The notes: generated from the sequence alone by a model not told the origin. Numbered from the stretch's first letter, positions 31,241 to 41,423 are shown. The stretch is 64,000 nucleotides of DNA from Verrucomicrobiota bacterium (GCA_021772635.1 JAJFLP010000108.1:24782-88781), one strand, 5' to 3'. Numbers and translations are program-made.

Positions 31241-33409
31241 CAGGTGAACAACTTCGATACCAATATGGATTCATGTGTCTTCGCCCGACTTGAACGATAT
31301 CTACTGTATTGCCTCGTTCCGATCGCGGTACTGACTCCGCCGTTCTGGCATCATGATCACGGTTATTCGGCTGATCTGCAAATGACGGCTGTAGTTCAAA
31401 CCGGTGTCTTGGCTGTCCTCGTCCTTTTCTTCGTCGGCAGATTGCGGTCGGGGTTACTGGTTGCGCGGTCCAGCATCAGTTTGCCGTTCGTCGCTTTTGT
31501 GTCATGGGTAGCATTGTCGCTTTTTTGGGCGCATAATCGCTACGAGGCGACGGTGCAGGTTATGCAGTGGGGGGCCGGATTGATCTTTTTCTTTCTGGTG
31601 GCGAACGCGTTAAGATCCCAGTGTCACACCGTCACGCTCCTGGCCTATCTATTCTATACCGGTTTTGCCGTCGCTTTGATTGGTCTCTGTCAATTCCGTT
31701 TCGGACTGACCTGGATACCACAACATATCCCCCCCGCCGCAAGCTTCGGGAATAAGAATATGGCCGCACATTTCGTGGTATTCACGATACCACTGGGGCT
31801 TGGTATCTATAGTCGACTTGGATCCGGGTCCAGATTCTGGCGCTACGGAGTTATCGGAGTGCCCATCGTCTGCCAGGTCGTCTACGTCGTCTGCACACGG
31901 ACACGAGCCGCCTGGATCGCGCTTTTTATAGAAGCAACCCTTATTTTCGCCTGGCTCATTTGCAGTCGAGTGATTCGAAAGGACGGTGCCGTATCCAGGA
32001 AGCCAAGATTCGTCGAGACGGTTTGTCTCCTATTTGCTATCGTGATTATCGTTTCTCTCGGCGGTTCTCGTATCAACGAGAAATTGATCGGTACCATCCA
32101 AACCACTGTCCGGGAGGCAGGAATCAATCACGACGCTAATCCCAGAATCAGATGGTGGCTCGCATCGGTGCGAATGATAGTAGATCGGCCCGTCAAGGGA
32201 GTTGGAGTTGGCAATTGGTATGTACAGTACCCATTCTATGGAGACCGGATACGTCTGCCGGCGAGTTCAGACACGGGCGATATAGCTCTTCGAGATCCAT
32301 CCGAATACACGGCGCCGCTCAGAGCACATAACGACTACCTCCAAATCATGGTTGAACTTGGAGTCGTCGGCTTTGCGCTATTCTCTCTCCTGCTCGTGTA
32401 CACCTGTCGACCATTGACTCAAGTTCGAAAAGTCCGGCCCGAATCCGCAATCCTGATCATCTCGGTCCTCGTCTCGTTCGCTGGTATACTGATCACCGCG
32501 ATCTTTAGTTTTCCGTTACAGTTAATGATCCCGGTAGCTGTTTTCGCAATTTATGCCGCTGCGTTACGAAATCTGACTGGGGACTCTGGTTCCAGTCATC
32601 CGTTCGTCCTACCGAAACAGTTTATTCCTATTTGTCTCGCGGTCGCAGCATTACTGTTGGTTGTGGTTTCGATCGTAAATTTTAGAACGTACAAAGCCGA
32701 TTCGCACTATTATCGGGCGTACGACGCGATGCAGGCAGGCGACTTAACCGCTTCCATATCAGAGGCGCGTATCGCTCATCAGTATAGACCGGATCACGAT
32801 TTGCTTCTTCACGGATTCGGATTCGGGAGCTTACAGTTATCCGACTACCCCCAGGCTGCTGAAGTTTTCGTAAAGATATTAGAAAGCTACCCGTACATGG
32901 CATCCGCACTCGATCATTTGAGTACAGCCTACCTTAAAATGAACCAGTTGGATGCAGCAGTCGATGCAATCGAATCGTGGCTGGGAATCCGACCTGATTC
33001 GAGACGTGCGCGTGAAAAAATCGCGCAGGTATATTCGGAAATTGCAAAGAAACGCTCGAATGAGGGCGATTGGGATGGGACTTTAGAAGCGTTTAAGATC
33101 GCTTCTGAATATCTCCCTGGAAAATTCAGCTACCATTACAATGTGGGCACATCAGCCTTCAAAGCGGGACGACATCAAGAAGCAAGGGAGGTATGGCTAG
33201 ACGTTCTAACTCACTGGCCGCAGTCCAGCGTTGTACATAACAGCCTGGCGATACTTAATTTTCGTTATCTGGACAACAAATCTGTAGCGGTAGAACATAT
33301 GAAAGAAGCACTTAAACTTGATCCAAATTTGGAATCGACCCCCGCTACTCGAGCGATTAGAGAATACGAGGCGTCCCGGCAAAAAATTGAACCATATACG
33401 GCACGTTAA
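31217..33409 (+). CDS. O-antigen ligase (Wzy_C)-family membrane protein fused to C-terminal TPR repeats. The start codon is uncertain.
   Basis: About 12 transmembrane segments, with a large periplasmic loop containing RAHNDYLQIMVELG (Wzy_C/O-antigen ligase signature). The C-terminal 250 aa are TPR-like. The first ATG lies inside a repeat. Confidence 0.6.
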   Translation: MQCLQYEIQVNNFDTNMDSCVFARLERYLLYCLVPIAVLTPPFWHHDHGYSADLQMTAVVQTGVLAVLVLFFVGRLRSGLLVARSSISLPFVAFVSWVALSLFWAHNRYEATVQVMQWGAGLIFFFLVANALRSQCHTVTLLAYLFYTGFAVALIGLCQFRFGLTWIPQHIPPAASFGNKNMAAHFVVFTIPLGLGIYSRLGSGSRFWRYGVIGVPIVCQVVYVVCTRTRAAWIALFIEATLIFAWLICSRVIRKDGAVSRKPRFVETVCLLFAIVIIVSLGGSRINEKLIGTIQTTVREAGINHDANPRIRWWLASVRMIVDRPVKGVGVGNWYVQYPFYGDRIRLPASSDTGDIALRDPSEYTAPLRAHNDYLQIMVELGVVGFALFSLLLVYTCRPLTQVRKVRPESAILIISVLVSFAGILITAIFSFPLQLMIPVAVFAIYAAALRNLTGDSGSSHPFVLPKQFIPICLAVAALLLVVVSIVNFRTYKADSHYYRAYDAMQAGDLTASISEARIAHQYRPDHDLLLHGFGFGSLQLSDYPQAAEVFVKILESYPYMASALDHLSTAYLKMNQLDAAVDAIESWLGIRPDSRRAREKIAQVYSEIAKKRSNEGDWDGTLEAFKIASEYLPGKFSYHYNVGTSAFKAGRHQEAREVWLDVLTHWPQSSVVHNSLAILNFRYLDNKSVAVEHMKEALKLDPNLESTPATRAIREYEASRQKIEPYTAR

Positions 33410-33963
33410 AGCTCGATTGTTTCTGACTTCATAGGTGGGTCCGACTGCAAAGACCGGGTACTTGCAGGCATCGCAACCCATACGCGTTATCTCACTTCTA
33501 ACATTACCGAACCATATGCATGCACCCAATAGGCGCGACCGCTTCGCATCCGATCAGGGGTCTCGAATTTATCGTTCTGCCAACCTAATACATTGAGAGC
33601 TGGTGGGAGGATAACGGAAGTGGAACCGGAAACGACTCCAACCGTCGGGAAGATTAATGAGGAAAGTTGTACTGTGCTTACGTAGGATACGTCAGAAACC
33701 AGTGCTTGCACGTCATCGATAATACCGTTAACGTCGAGGAAATAATCAACAATACCAGGCTGAACAGCCATTCGATACCGCCTATCGCACTATTGTCCGC
33801 CGAATCCGTTCGCGTAATCCCGACGAAAACTCCATGACGTTCGGTATATTACGATCGGAAGCTACGCCTCTCAAGATCGTCGTCGAGTTCGGGATTGAAA
33901 GTAAGTCGATAGCCATTCCGATTTCGATCCCGAAAACCTTAAATCTCAAGGGAATCCACAAAG

Positions 33964-34617
33964 ATGAAAATACTTACGAATATACTTTTTATTACCACGG
34001 TCGCCTTAACATCGTCGTGTATCGGCTCGGATGAATCGAGTCACAATCGGCTAGAGAAGGTTCCCGCTGCAGAGCTCAATAAATTCGAAAAAGCATATTT
34101 TGCGAGCGGATGTTTCTGGTGTGTCGAAGCTATATTCGAATCCGTAAATGGCGTAAAGGAAGCGGTTTCCGGATATGCCGGGGGTAAGATTAAGAATCCC
34201 ACTTATCGGCAGATCAGCTCTGGACGAACGCAGCACGCAGAAGCGGTTGAAGTCTATTACGATCCGAAAGAGGTGAATTACGACACATTGTTAACGGTTT
34301 TCTTCGGGTCACATGATCCCACGACGCTGAACCGCCAAGGCCCGGATTCCGGACCCCAATATCGATCAGCGATCTTTTATCGCAATGAGGAGGAGAGAAA
34401 GCTCATAGTGAATCACATCACCGAATTAAATGCACCTGACCATTTTAACGGGAGAATCGTGACGCAGGTCTCGAAATTGGATGTTTTCTATGAAGCGGAG
34501 GATTATCACCAAGACTATGAGAGGAAGAATCCCAATAACTCCTATGTCCGCGCCGTTTCGATTCCACGACTAAACCGTTTCAAAGCGAAGTTCCCGGAAC
34601 TGCTGATAGGGCATTAG
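33964..34617 (+). CDS. msrA: Peptide methionine sulfoxide reductase MsrA (secreted or periplasmic form)
   Basis: Catalytic motif GCFWCVEA, with an N-terminal signal and lipobox (LTSSC). Confidence 0.9.
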   Translation: MKILTNILFITTVALTSSCIGSDESSHNRLEKVPAAELNKFEKAYFASGCFWCVEAIFESVNGVKEAVSGYAGGKIKNPTYRQISSGRTQHAEAVEVYYDPKEVNYDTLLTVFFGSHDPTTLNRQGPDSGPQYRSAIFYRNEEERKLIVNHITELNAPDHFNGRIVTQVSKLDVFYEAEDYHQDYERKNPNNSYVRAVSIPRLNRFKAKFPELLIGH

Positions 34618-34783
34618 CGTAACGCAGCTATCGGTTAGGCATTAAATTGAATTTCAACGTCTATTAGACGGGCGGGTTCCGACATCTTCCGAGGAGCGAT
34701 CCTGAATCGTCCCGCTATGCTTTAGGAAGGTTTGGGACAGCGCCGCCGACGCGCTGTTTCTTATGCGAACCCAAAAATACGAT

Positions 34784-35125
34784 CTATCTGAATCGTACCC
34801 TGATGGGCTTTAGCGATTCATTTCCAGATTGTCTTGCCTGGCGATAAGTAACAACTTGTGCACGAATTTTATCCTGCAGTATGGAATCCCGGACTCCAAG
34901 AATCACGACCTCCGTATCTTTTAACTGCGGAGTTACGCGGATCCTTTCGGGTGATATTCTGAGATAACCAGGTAATGTTTTCGCGATCTCGTCCGCCTCC
35001 TCAATGTCCTCTACCAATACGACGCCCATGGTTTTCTTGAAGTCCCGAACGATCCCCTTATATGACGCACATCCCGAGGAAAGACATATCGCTAAACCGA
35101 TTACAAAAAGGATAAATTTAGTCAT
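34784..35125 (-). CDS. Hypothetical lipoprotein
   Basis: Signal with lipobox LSSGC. 113 aa. Confidence 0.4.
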   Translation of the reverse strand: MTKFILFVIGLAICLSSGCASYKGIVRDFKKTMGVVLVEDIEEADEIAKTLPGYLRISPERIRVTPQLKDTEVVILGVRDSILQDKIRAQVVTYRQARQSGNESLKPIRVRFR

Positions 35126-35239
35126 CTTGTTGTTCCTTCTAAGGCGGTTCCTAATGAACTACCCCGCCGCAGAGCAGACGGGGTATCGGCTTTGGAAATG
35201 GTTTTGATATCGCGGTAAACCGCGGGGAATGAAACCCCA

Positions 35240-36265
35240 CTATGTGGGTTCAAACTTACAACAATCTGGCGAGCATTGGTCCGGCGTTAGTCCCAACTCT
35301 CCCAGATAACTGCAAGTTGTTTCCGGATCAATGCGCTCTCGAATCAAATCTGCGACCATCGAAACAAACAGCGGATCGTCACCGATCGTCCCAGCTCGAA
35401 TCATCTTAATATTTTGCTCGTCGCATACCTCGCGCGCCTCGGTGTCGAGGTCGAAGAGCACCTCAATATGATCGGTAAGAAAACCGATCGGAGCGATGAT
35501 AACTTCTTGAAAACCAAACTTTTTCAAGCGGATGAGTTCGTCGCATATATCAGGTTCCAACCACGGTTGCGTCGGCGAACCGCTTCGACTCTGATATACG
35601 AGATTCCAACTTGTTACACCAAGTTTTTCCGCCGTCAACCGGCAGCTTTCCGCGAGTTGGTCTGCGTATTGGCAGTTATTCGCCATTGAAACAGGTATAC
35701 TATGCGCAGTGAATGTTACAGCGACCGCTTGTCTGTGATCCTCGGGGAACTCGTTTAGGGCAGACTCGATTTTTCTAACATTGCACTCGATGAAATCCGG
35801 ATGATTATAAAATAGCCGGATTTTATCGATTTCCGGTGCATTTGCGCCAACGATTTCGCGGGCAGCATCGATGTTCTCTCGGTACTGGCGGCAGCTCGAG
35901 TATGACCCGAACGCAGACGTAACGAAGGCAACCGCACGTTTGACACCGTCATCGGCCATTCGCTGAATTGTATCGGGCAGAAGCGGATGCCAATTACGAT
36001 TTCCGATGTATATCGGAAGGCCAAAGCCGCGACTCTCAAGCTCTGTCTTCAGTTGCCCGGCAAGTTTTCGATTGTAATCATTTATTGGGCTGACGCCGTT
36101 GAACAGCGCATAGTGCTCAGCAACTTCCAGCTTTCGTTCCGTCGGGACGTTGCGTCCCCGAAGAACATTATCCAGAAAAGGCATCACATCGTCCATCCCC
36201 TCCGGACCACCGAAGGAAACGATTAAAACGGCGTCATATTCTTGAGACATTGCCACGGATCGCAT
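35240..36265 (-). CDS. hemH: Ferrochelatase
   Basis: N-terminus AVLIVSFGGPEG, followed by YIGNRNWHP and the C-terminal catalytic motif IGFLTDHIEVLFDLD. Confidence 0.9.
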   Translation of the reverse strand: MRSVAMSQEYDAVLIVSFGGPEGMDDVMPFLDNVLRGRNVPTERKLEVAEHYALFNGVSPINDYNRKLAGQLKTELESRGFGLPIYIGNRNWHPLLPDTIQRMADDGVKRAVAFVTSAFGSYSSCRQYRENIDAAREIVGANAPEIDKIRLFYNHPDFIECNVRKIESALNEFPEDHRQAVAVTFTAHSIPVSMANNCQYADQLAESCRLTAEKLGVTSWNLVYQSRSGSPTQPWLEPDICDELIRLKKFGFQEVIIAPIGFLTDHIEVLFDLDTEAREVCDEQNIKMIRAGTIGDDPLFVSMVADLIRERIDPETTCSYLGELGLTPDQCSPDCCKFEPT

Positions 36266-36278
36266 ATTGGGTTCTACT

Positions 36279-36698
36279 TTATTTGAAAGGGTTATAGATT
36301 GTTACGCCGTCAATGATTTGCCCATCATTCATACCTTCTGTATAAAGAATCTCGCAGTTCGCGAAAATCGCAGCCGATACAATAAGAGAATCCCAATAAG
36401 AAATTTGATTGGTGGTGTGTATCTTATTCGCATCGATAATCATATCCACGTCGATCTCAATGATATTAAACGCTCTGAACAGTTCTATCTCTGTTACCGC
36501 CTTGTCCACTGTTAACGGTACTTCAATCTTCCGGGTAATCGTCACGAGATATTCGCTTATTACTTGGGTAGAGATGACCGCGGATTCGTCCCGTAGTCCC
36601 TGGAAAATAAGATCCTGCGCGATCGTCTGCCGCGATCGTGACTTTTGGTCATGGGCATAAACCAGTATGTTCGTATCCAGGAAGTATTTGTTACTCAT
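36279..36698 (-). CDS. vapC: PIN-domain toxin VapC
   Basis: N-terminus YFLDTNILVYA (first PIN acidic residue), followed by downstream conserved Asp residues. It overlaps the upstream antitoxin by 8 bp. Confidence 0.75.
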   Translation of the reverse strand: MSNKYFLDTNILVYAHDQKSRSRQTIAQDLIFQGLRDESAVISTQVISEYLVTITRKIEVPLTVDKAVTEIELFRAFNIIEIDVDMIIDANKIHTTNQISYWDSLIVSAAIFANCEILYTEGMNDGQIIDGVTIYNPFK

Positions 36699-36921
36699 AT
36701 AATTCCTCTCGTGTCCAGTCGATATTGCCAACACGTATATCAGGACTAGAGTAGAGGCGCTTTAGCTTTGTTATCGTCGCATTCTTAGAATCCTCCGCTC
36801 GGTACGTCACTTGCTCAAGATAATTACGGACTAGACTCGTCACCGATGTGTTCTTTTCGATAGCGACTTTTCGAGCCTTTTTAAGCAGAGAGTCATCGAT
36901 TTTTAAAGTCAAATTCGCCAT
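36691..36921 (-). CDS. vapB: VapB-type antitoxin (ribbon-helix-helix or AbrB-like DNA-binding)
   Basis: A 76-aa protein (MANLTLKIDDSLLKKARKVAIEKNTSVTSLVRNYL...) lies immediately upstream of, and overlaps, the PIN gene. Confidence 0.65.
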   Translation of the reverse strand: MANLTLKIDDSLLKKARKVAIEKNTSVTSLVRNYLEQVTYRAEDSKNATITKLKRLYSSPDIRVGNIDWTREELYE

Positions 36922-36952
36922 CCTGAAGGCTCCTCGTAATTCGCTTAATATA

Positions 36953-36984
36953 ATAGCACGTAATACGTATAGCACGTAATACGT
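36953..36984. promoter_or_regulatory. Perfect tandem 16-bp direct repeat (ATAGCACGTAATACGT x2), 32-63 bp upstream of vapB. It is the likely autoregulatory operator.
   Basis: Seen directly. A third partial copy, ATCACGTAATCCG, lies at 37030-37042. Confidence 0.5.
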
Positions 36985-37054
36985 GATTGCGCAACCGAAC
37001 AATCGGTCGTTTCTCAGCACATGACACGAATCACGTAATCCGAATCAAAAAATT

Positions 37055-37432
37055 ATGTCGAGAGAACTCATTTATATCCGGTGTATTCAGGTGATAATCT
37101 CGATAAATACTCTTATATTCACTTATTCGATAATTCAGGCAAGAAAAGGGAACATAGGCTTACACCGCCGGCTGAATACATTCGCACTAACAACGACATT
37201 CTTTGGTATTGCCGGGTTGTTAGGAACGCTCGTCCTTGGTTGGAATTATCAAAGTTTAACGACGCCGGAAAGGTTGCTCTTCCACAGGTATCTATCGTGT
37301 CCGTTAGCAGTCGTGCTGCCTTTCACTGCGTATTTCGGATGGAAAGGCAAACGGAGGCCGCATTTGGTCTGTGTTTCGATCGCGATTCCTCTATGGATCG
37401 GCGTCCTGATAACGGGGCTGATATTCTTCTGA
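37055..37432 (+). CDS. Small polytopic membrane protein (DUF420-like)
   Basis: A 125-aa protein with four predicted transmembrane helices. Confidence 0.45.
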   Translation: MSRELIYIRCIQVIISINTLIFTYSIIQARKGNIGLHRRLNTFALTTTFFGIAGLLGTLVLGWNYQSLTTPERLLFHRYLSCPLAVVLPFTAYFGWKGKRRPHLVCVSIAIPLWIGVLITGLIFF

Positions 37433-37487
37433 TAGGTGAGAATTATTCGGTGACTCTCAACGTCAATTAAAATTACGGGCGCGTCAA

Positions 37488-37583
37488 TGTATACCGAAAA
37501 TCATCAGGTTTTCGAAATATCGTTCGAATTCTCTTGCGCGGTTAGTTGAGAGTTATCCAAAAATTGTACTGCATGCAGTATAG
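37488..37583. repeat. Composite repeat copy ending in TTGTACTGCATGCAGTATAG (14-bp palindrome)
   Basis: The palindrome sits at 37567-37580. The upstream part resembles 45079-45126 and 54695-54745. Confidence 0.65.
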
Positions 37584-37676
37584 AAGGCAGACCCCGCTGG
37601 CGATGTTCGCTACTGTTCGCCAGCAGGTGCTGCCACCCAACTTGGCAACCGGCCTATCGCTTTACCGGGAAGGTTC

Positions 37677-39116
37677 TTGCGTGCCCGAAATCACTTAAAA
37701 TCATTTATCATGAACCAACAAACACAAGTAGATCACGAGGAAAACGGTGAGCAAACGCCTGACGCCTCCGTAGCGCTACCAACGATCGCTATTGTCGGCC
37801 GGCCGAACGTCGGGAAGTCCGCGTTATTTAATCAGATCGTTGGGCGCCGCAAAGCTATCGTTCACGAAGAAAGCGGGGTCACACGCGACCGGATCGTGTC
37901 GATCGCCGACTGGTTCGGCAAACGCTTTATGATCATCGACACGGGAGGACTTGGCCTATTTAAGGGTGAACGGTCAGCGGAGAAATTCGATGGCCTTATC
38001 CGTGAACAGCTTTGTGTCGCCCTTGACAGCGCGGATCAGGTAATTTTGGTGGTCGACGTGCAGGCCGGACTCACCCCGTTAGATGAGGAAGTCGGTCGCC
38101 TTCTCAGAGAAACCGAGAAAAGCGTCACCGTTGCGGCGAATAAATCGGACAACGCCGACCTTGCGGACCAGCGTTTCGAATTCGATAAAATGGGGTTCAG
38201 CCCGGTAATCCCGATATCCTGCGTGCAAAAGTCCAATATCGGCGAATTACTGGATAGTGTGACCGAAGATTACCCGACCTACGGCGCGGCTGATTCGGAT
38301 AAGGAACTTCCCGTGTTGAATATTGCGATCGTCGGTCGCCCGAATGTCGGAAAATCGTCGATCATTAATCGGTTGCTGAATGAAGAACGCGTGATTGTCA
38401 GCGATGTCCCCGGGACGACCCGCGATGCGATCGACGTTCCGTTTTTCATTAATTTTGAGGGGGAATCCGTCCCGATGAGCCTTGTAGATACTGCTGGGAT
38501 TCAGAGAAAACGAAGTATAAAAACTGCTGTCGAGTTTTACAGCTTTGCACGCACGCAGGCAGCGATAAAAAGGTCACACATCGTTTTGATCGTACTCGAC
38601 GCCGCCGACCAGCTTACGAATCTGGATAAAAAGATAGGACGAGAAGTCTGCGATGAAGCAAAAGCGTGTATACTTTTATTGAATAAGTGGGATATCGCTT
38701 CGAAAGATACGAAACAAATAGACTTGATCGCGGAGATCCAGGATACGCTGCCATATTTGGCGTACGCCCCGATTCAAACCTGTTGCGCCGTGAGCGGCTA
38801 TAATTTTAAGGATATCCTGTTAAACATAGCCGAGTTATACAAACGGCTAACCGTCACGATCCCGACCCCGCTGGTGAATCGCGTGATTCGCGATATCGTT
38901 GCACGGCAGCCACCGCTGGCGAAAGGGACGGGTGAGTTGAAGGTTTACTACAGTGTATTCGTAAAGAATAACCCACCAACCTTCCGTCTTTTTATTAACA
39001 AACGCCGTAATTGCCCGCGAAATTATTTGACGTACCTAAAGAAACAGTTTCGTCGCGCCTTCGACCTTCAAGGATTGCCAATCGTAATTCAACTCAATGA
39101 GAAGACAAGGGACTAG
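37677..39116 (+). CDS. der: Ribosome-biogenesis GTPase Der (EngA), double GTPase
   Basis: Two G domains (IAIVGRPNVGKSALFN and IAIVGRPNVGKSSIIN) plus a C-terminal KH-like domain. An alternative start lies at 37710. Confidence 0.9.
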   Translation: MRARNHLKSFIMNQQTQVDHEENGEQTPDASVALPTIAIVGRPNVGKSALFNQIVGRRKAIVHEESGVTRDRIVSIADWFGKRFMIIDTGGLGLFKGERSAEKFDGLIREQLCVALDSADQVILVVDVQAGLTPLDEEVGRLLRETEKSVTVAANKSDNADLADQRFEFDKMGFSPVIPISCVQKSNIGELLDSVTEDYPTYGAADSDKELPVLNIAIVGRPNVGKSSIINRLLNEERVIVSDVPGTTRDAIDVPFFINFEGESVPMSLVDTAGIQRKRSIKTAVEFYSFARTQAAIKRSHIVLIVLDAADQLTNLDKKIGREVCDEAKACILLLNKWDIASKDTKQIDLIAEIQDTLPYLAYAPIQTCCAVSGYNFKDILLNIAELYKRLTVTIPTPLVNRVIRDIVARQPPLAKGTGELKVYYSVFVKNNPPTFRLFINKRRNCPRNYLTYLKKQFRRAFDLQGLPIVIQLNEKTRD

Positions 39117-39334
39117 TGACGCCTGTGACGCTCAGAGAATTCCAGTAATCGGTTTAAGAAAGCTGTCTACTGGATACGCCGCCGGTGTACAAGATCTTGC
39201 TCGCCTCTCGCGAGTGGGAATTTTTCAATATCGATGAAGCGGCAGTGTTGCAGATTGTCGGCCGCATATGGAATAATCTGTGGTTACTGTTGTATACCGT
39301 CCAATTGAACATAATGGGCTCGGAAACGGTTCGA

Positions 39335-39931
39335 ATGAGAAAGATTATACTCGCCTCAAGATCGCCACGACGGATGGAACTTCTTAAGGACGCGGGGATC
39401 CCGTTTGACGCGATTCCCGCGGATATTCCAGAGACCGCAATGCCTGACGAAGGCCCGATAGAATTCGTCCGCCGTCTGGCTGCTGCTAAAGCAGATCATG
39501 TTTCTGCCCAGCGTCCCAATGACATCGTGCTGGGTGCCGATACGATCGTTTACCTCGACGGAAGAATAATTGGAAAGCCAAAGGATATCGAAGACGCGAA
39601 AGCGATTTTGACTCAGCTAAGCGGCAATAAGCACCTGGTGTATACAGGAGTGTCCCTTTCTCGGCGAAACACGGAATTCAAACTCACCTGGCACTCTGCC
39701 ACCGCGGTCACTTTCAAGACTTTATCATCCGCTGATATTCGGCAGTGTTTGTCGACCGGCGATCCTTTGGATAAGGCTGGGGCATACGCGATTCAAGAGC
39801 ATGAGGGGCGACTTATCGCCGAATACGATGGGCTTCGAAGCAACGTGATCGGCCTTCCGATCGAGGAAGTGCTCGATAAGTTGATTCAATTCGCGTCGCC
39901 TGCGATACAGACTCACGTGCAGAATCAATAA
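39335..39931 (+). CDS. maf: Maf-family nucleoside triphosphate pyrophosphatase (septum formation protein Maf)
   Basis: ILASRSPRRMELL start, with GADTIV and KAGAYAIQ motifs. The upstream 50 codons of the ORF are probably not translated. Confidence 0.8.
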   Translation: MRKIILASRSPRRMELLKDAGIPFDAIPADIPETAMPDEGPIEFVRRLAAAKADHVSAQRPNDIVLGADTIVYLDGRIIGKPKDIEDAKAILTQLSGNKHLVYTGVSLSRRNTEFKLTWHSATAVTFKTLSSADIRQCLSTGDPLDKAGAYAIQEHEGRLIAEYDGLRSNVIGLPIEEVLDKLIQFASPAIQTHVQNQ

Positions 39932-40104
39932 GACGCAGAGCCGACGACTACTGCTGTTGCCGCAAAGAGAGTAGCACCTTGCTCTGCGATCGACAGCTTA
40001 GTGAGTGGAATGTCTCGATTACGGGACGACACCATTCGAATCATATTCTCGAAGCTCCCGGATTATCTTATCCCGTGGAATCCAATGCAGGATTAAACTT
40101 GCGC

Positions 40105-40716
40105 ATGAAGATACGTCTAAAACTAATATTGAGTTTTCTTGTCGTTACGGGCTTCGTTGCGGTTTCAGGAGTACTCGGAGTACGTTTGGCCGACCAAATT
40201 AGTCGGTTCCGACATCAAGAGTTATCGATGGAACAGAGTCTTGGTGAGTTAAAGTTAGTCAGTTTCGTCGACGCTTTACAGAACGCTCTTGTACTTACAG
40301 GTGCACATCTGGGCACAAATAATATCGAAGTAAAGTGCCAAAATTTGGATAAGATTCCTCCACTATATGCGGATCAGAACATGTTGGAGGAGGTCTTGCT
40401 GAATCTATTGATTAACGCGAAGGATGCCATTTTGGCGGGAACGGATGGCGGCGGCGAGATCATTTTCTCCGCCGAATCAACCGACCCGCCAGTCATAGCG
40501 GTCAGTGATTCGGGAATCGATATTCCGAGAGACGTTGAAAATAAAATTTTCGATCCGTTTTTTAGTACCAAAGAAGTTGGTTGCGGTACGGGGCTTGGAA
40601 TGTCCGTGACATACGGTATTATGCAGACAATGGGGGGGAGGATTGATTTTCTGAGAGATGAAAATATGAAAAAGACGTTTCTACTTACCTTCAAATCGAC
40701 GGATCTCGTGTCATGA
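40105..40716 (+). CDS. Atypical or truncated sensor histidine kinase: one transmembrane segment plus an HATPase_c domain, with no recognisable DHp or H-box
   Basis: N, G1, F and G2 boxes are present (LLNLLINAKDA, DSGIDIP, FDPFFSTK, GTGLGMS), but only about 60 aa lie between the transmembrane helix and the ATPase domain. The stop overlaps the response-regulator start (ATGA). Confidence 0.6.
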   Translation: MKIRLKLILSFLVVTGFVAVSGVLGVRLADQISRFRHQELSMEQSLGELKLVSFVDALQNALVLTGAHLGTNNIEVKCQNLDKIPPLYADQNMLEEVLLNLLINAKDAILAGTDGGGEIIFSAESTDPPVIAVSDSGIDIPRDVENKIFDPFFSTKEVGCGTGLGMSVTYGIMQTMGGRIDFLRDENMKKTFLLTFKSTDLVS

Positions 40717-41075
40717 GAAAGATACTCTGTGTCGACGACGATCCCGTGATTCACAAAGTTTTTAAGCGATTGCTCAACAAGGTTGGACTTGAAGTTGTCA
40801 CTTGTCTTAATGCCCGTGAAGCGCTAGCCGTATTCAAACCGGGGGAGTTCGTTTTATTAACGGATATCACGATGCCCGGCATCAGTGGCATTGAACTGGC
40901 GCGGCAGATTCTTGAAATTGAGGAAAATGTTCCGGTTGTTCTGGTATCGGGTAACGCCCTCGAGGAACACGTGCTCGCTGAATTGCCGTCAACCGCCAAC
41001 GTTCAGTTCCTTACGAAACCGTTTGTTGCCATGAGAGACGTGCTGGCGTTGCTCGAGAAATATGCGGGATATTAG
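40713..41075 (+). CDS. Single-domain response regulator (CheY-like receiver)
   Basis: VDDD...TDITMPGISG...LVSG receiver motifs. 120 aa. Confidence 0.8.
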   Translation: MRKILCVDDDPVIHKVFKRLLNKVGLEVVTCLNAREALAVFKPGEFVLLTDITMPGISGIELARQILEIEENVPVVLVSGNALEEHVLAELPSTANVQFLTKPFVAMRDVLALLEKYAGY

Positions 41076-41117
41076 CCCAGACCGTCGCCACCCACCTTCA
41101 GGCTGCGTTGATGGCCG

Positions 41118-41423
41118 CTAAAATAACCCCGGAATATTCAGGCCGCCCGTAATACCAGCGAGTTTGGATTCTGTACGGACGCGGACTTTCTTAACCGCTC
41201 CGTTGACTGCAACCAAGACCACGTCTTCGATCATTTCCTTGTCCTGAGAACTCGCGAGATCATCGCTAATCGTAATAGATTTGATAGAGAAATCTCCGTT
41301 AGCGACAACGTCGACTCCGTTACACGAATACGAAACTTCCATTTCCGAAAGCTCGCTCTGCGCTTTCTGGACGTCATTCTGCATTTTCTGTGCTTGTTCC
41401 AGCATTTTACTAATATCTGTCAT
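41118..41423 (-). CDS. ybaB: Nucleoid-associated protein YbaB/EbfC
   Basis: MLEQAQKMQNDVQKAQ...GLNIPGLF matches the YbaB family. It lies downstream of dnaX, the conserved arrangement. Confidence 0.9.
   Translation of the reverse strand: MTDISKMLEQAQKMQNDVQKAQSELSEMEVSYSCNGVDVVANGDFSIKSITISDDLASSQDKEMIEDVVLVAVNGAVKKVRVRTESKLAGITGGLNIPGLF

Noticed and set aside
33487-33771. A 94-aa minus-strand ORF in the 550-bp ligase-msrA spacer.
   Set aside because: No start context or homology. The spacer contains a degenerate module-V repeat, so the ORF is probably chance.
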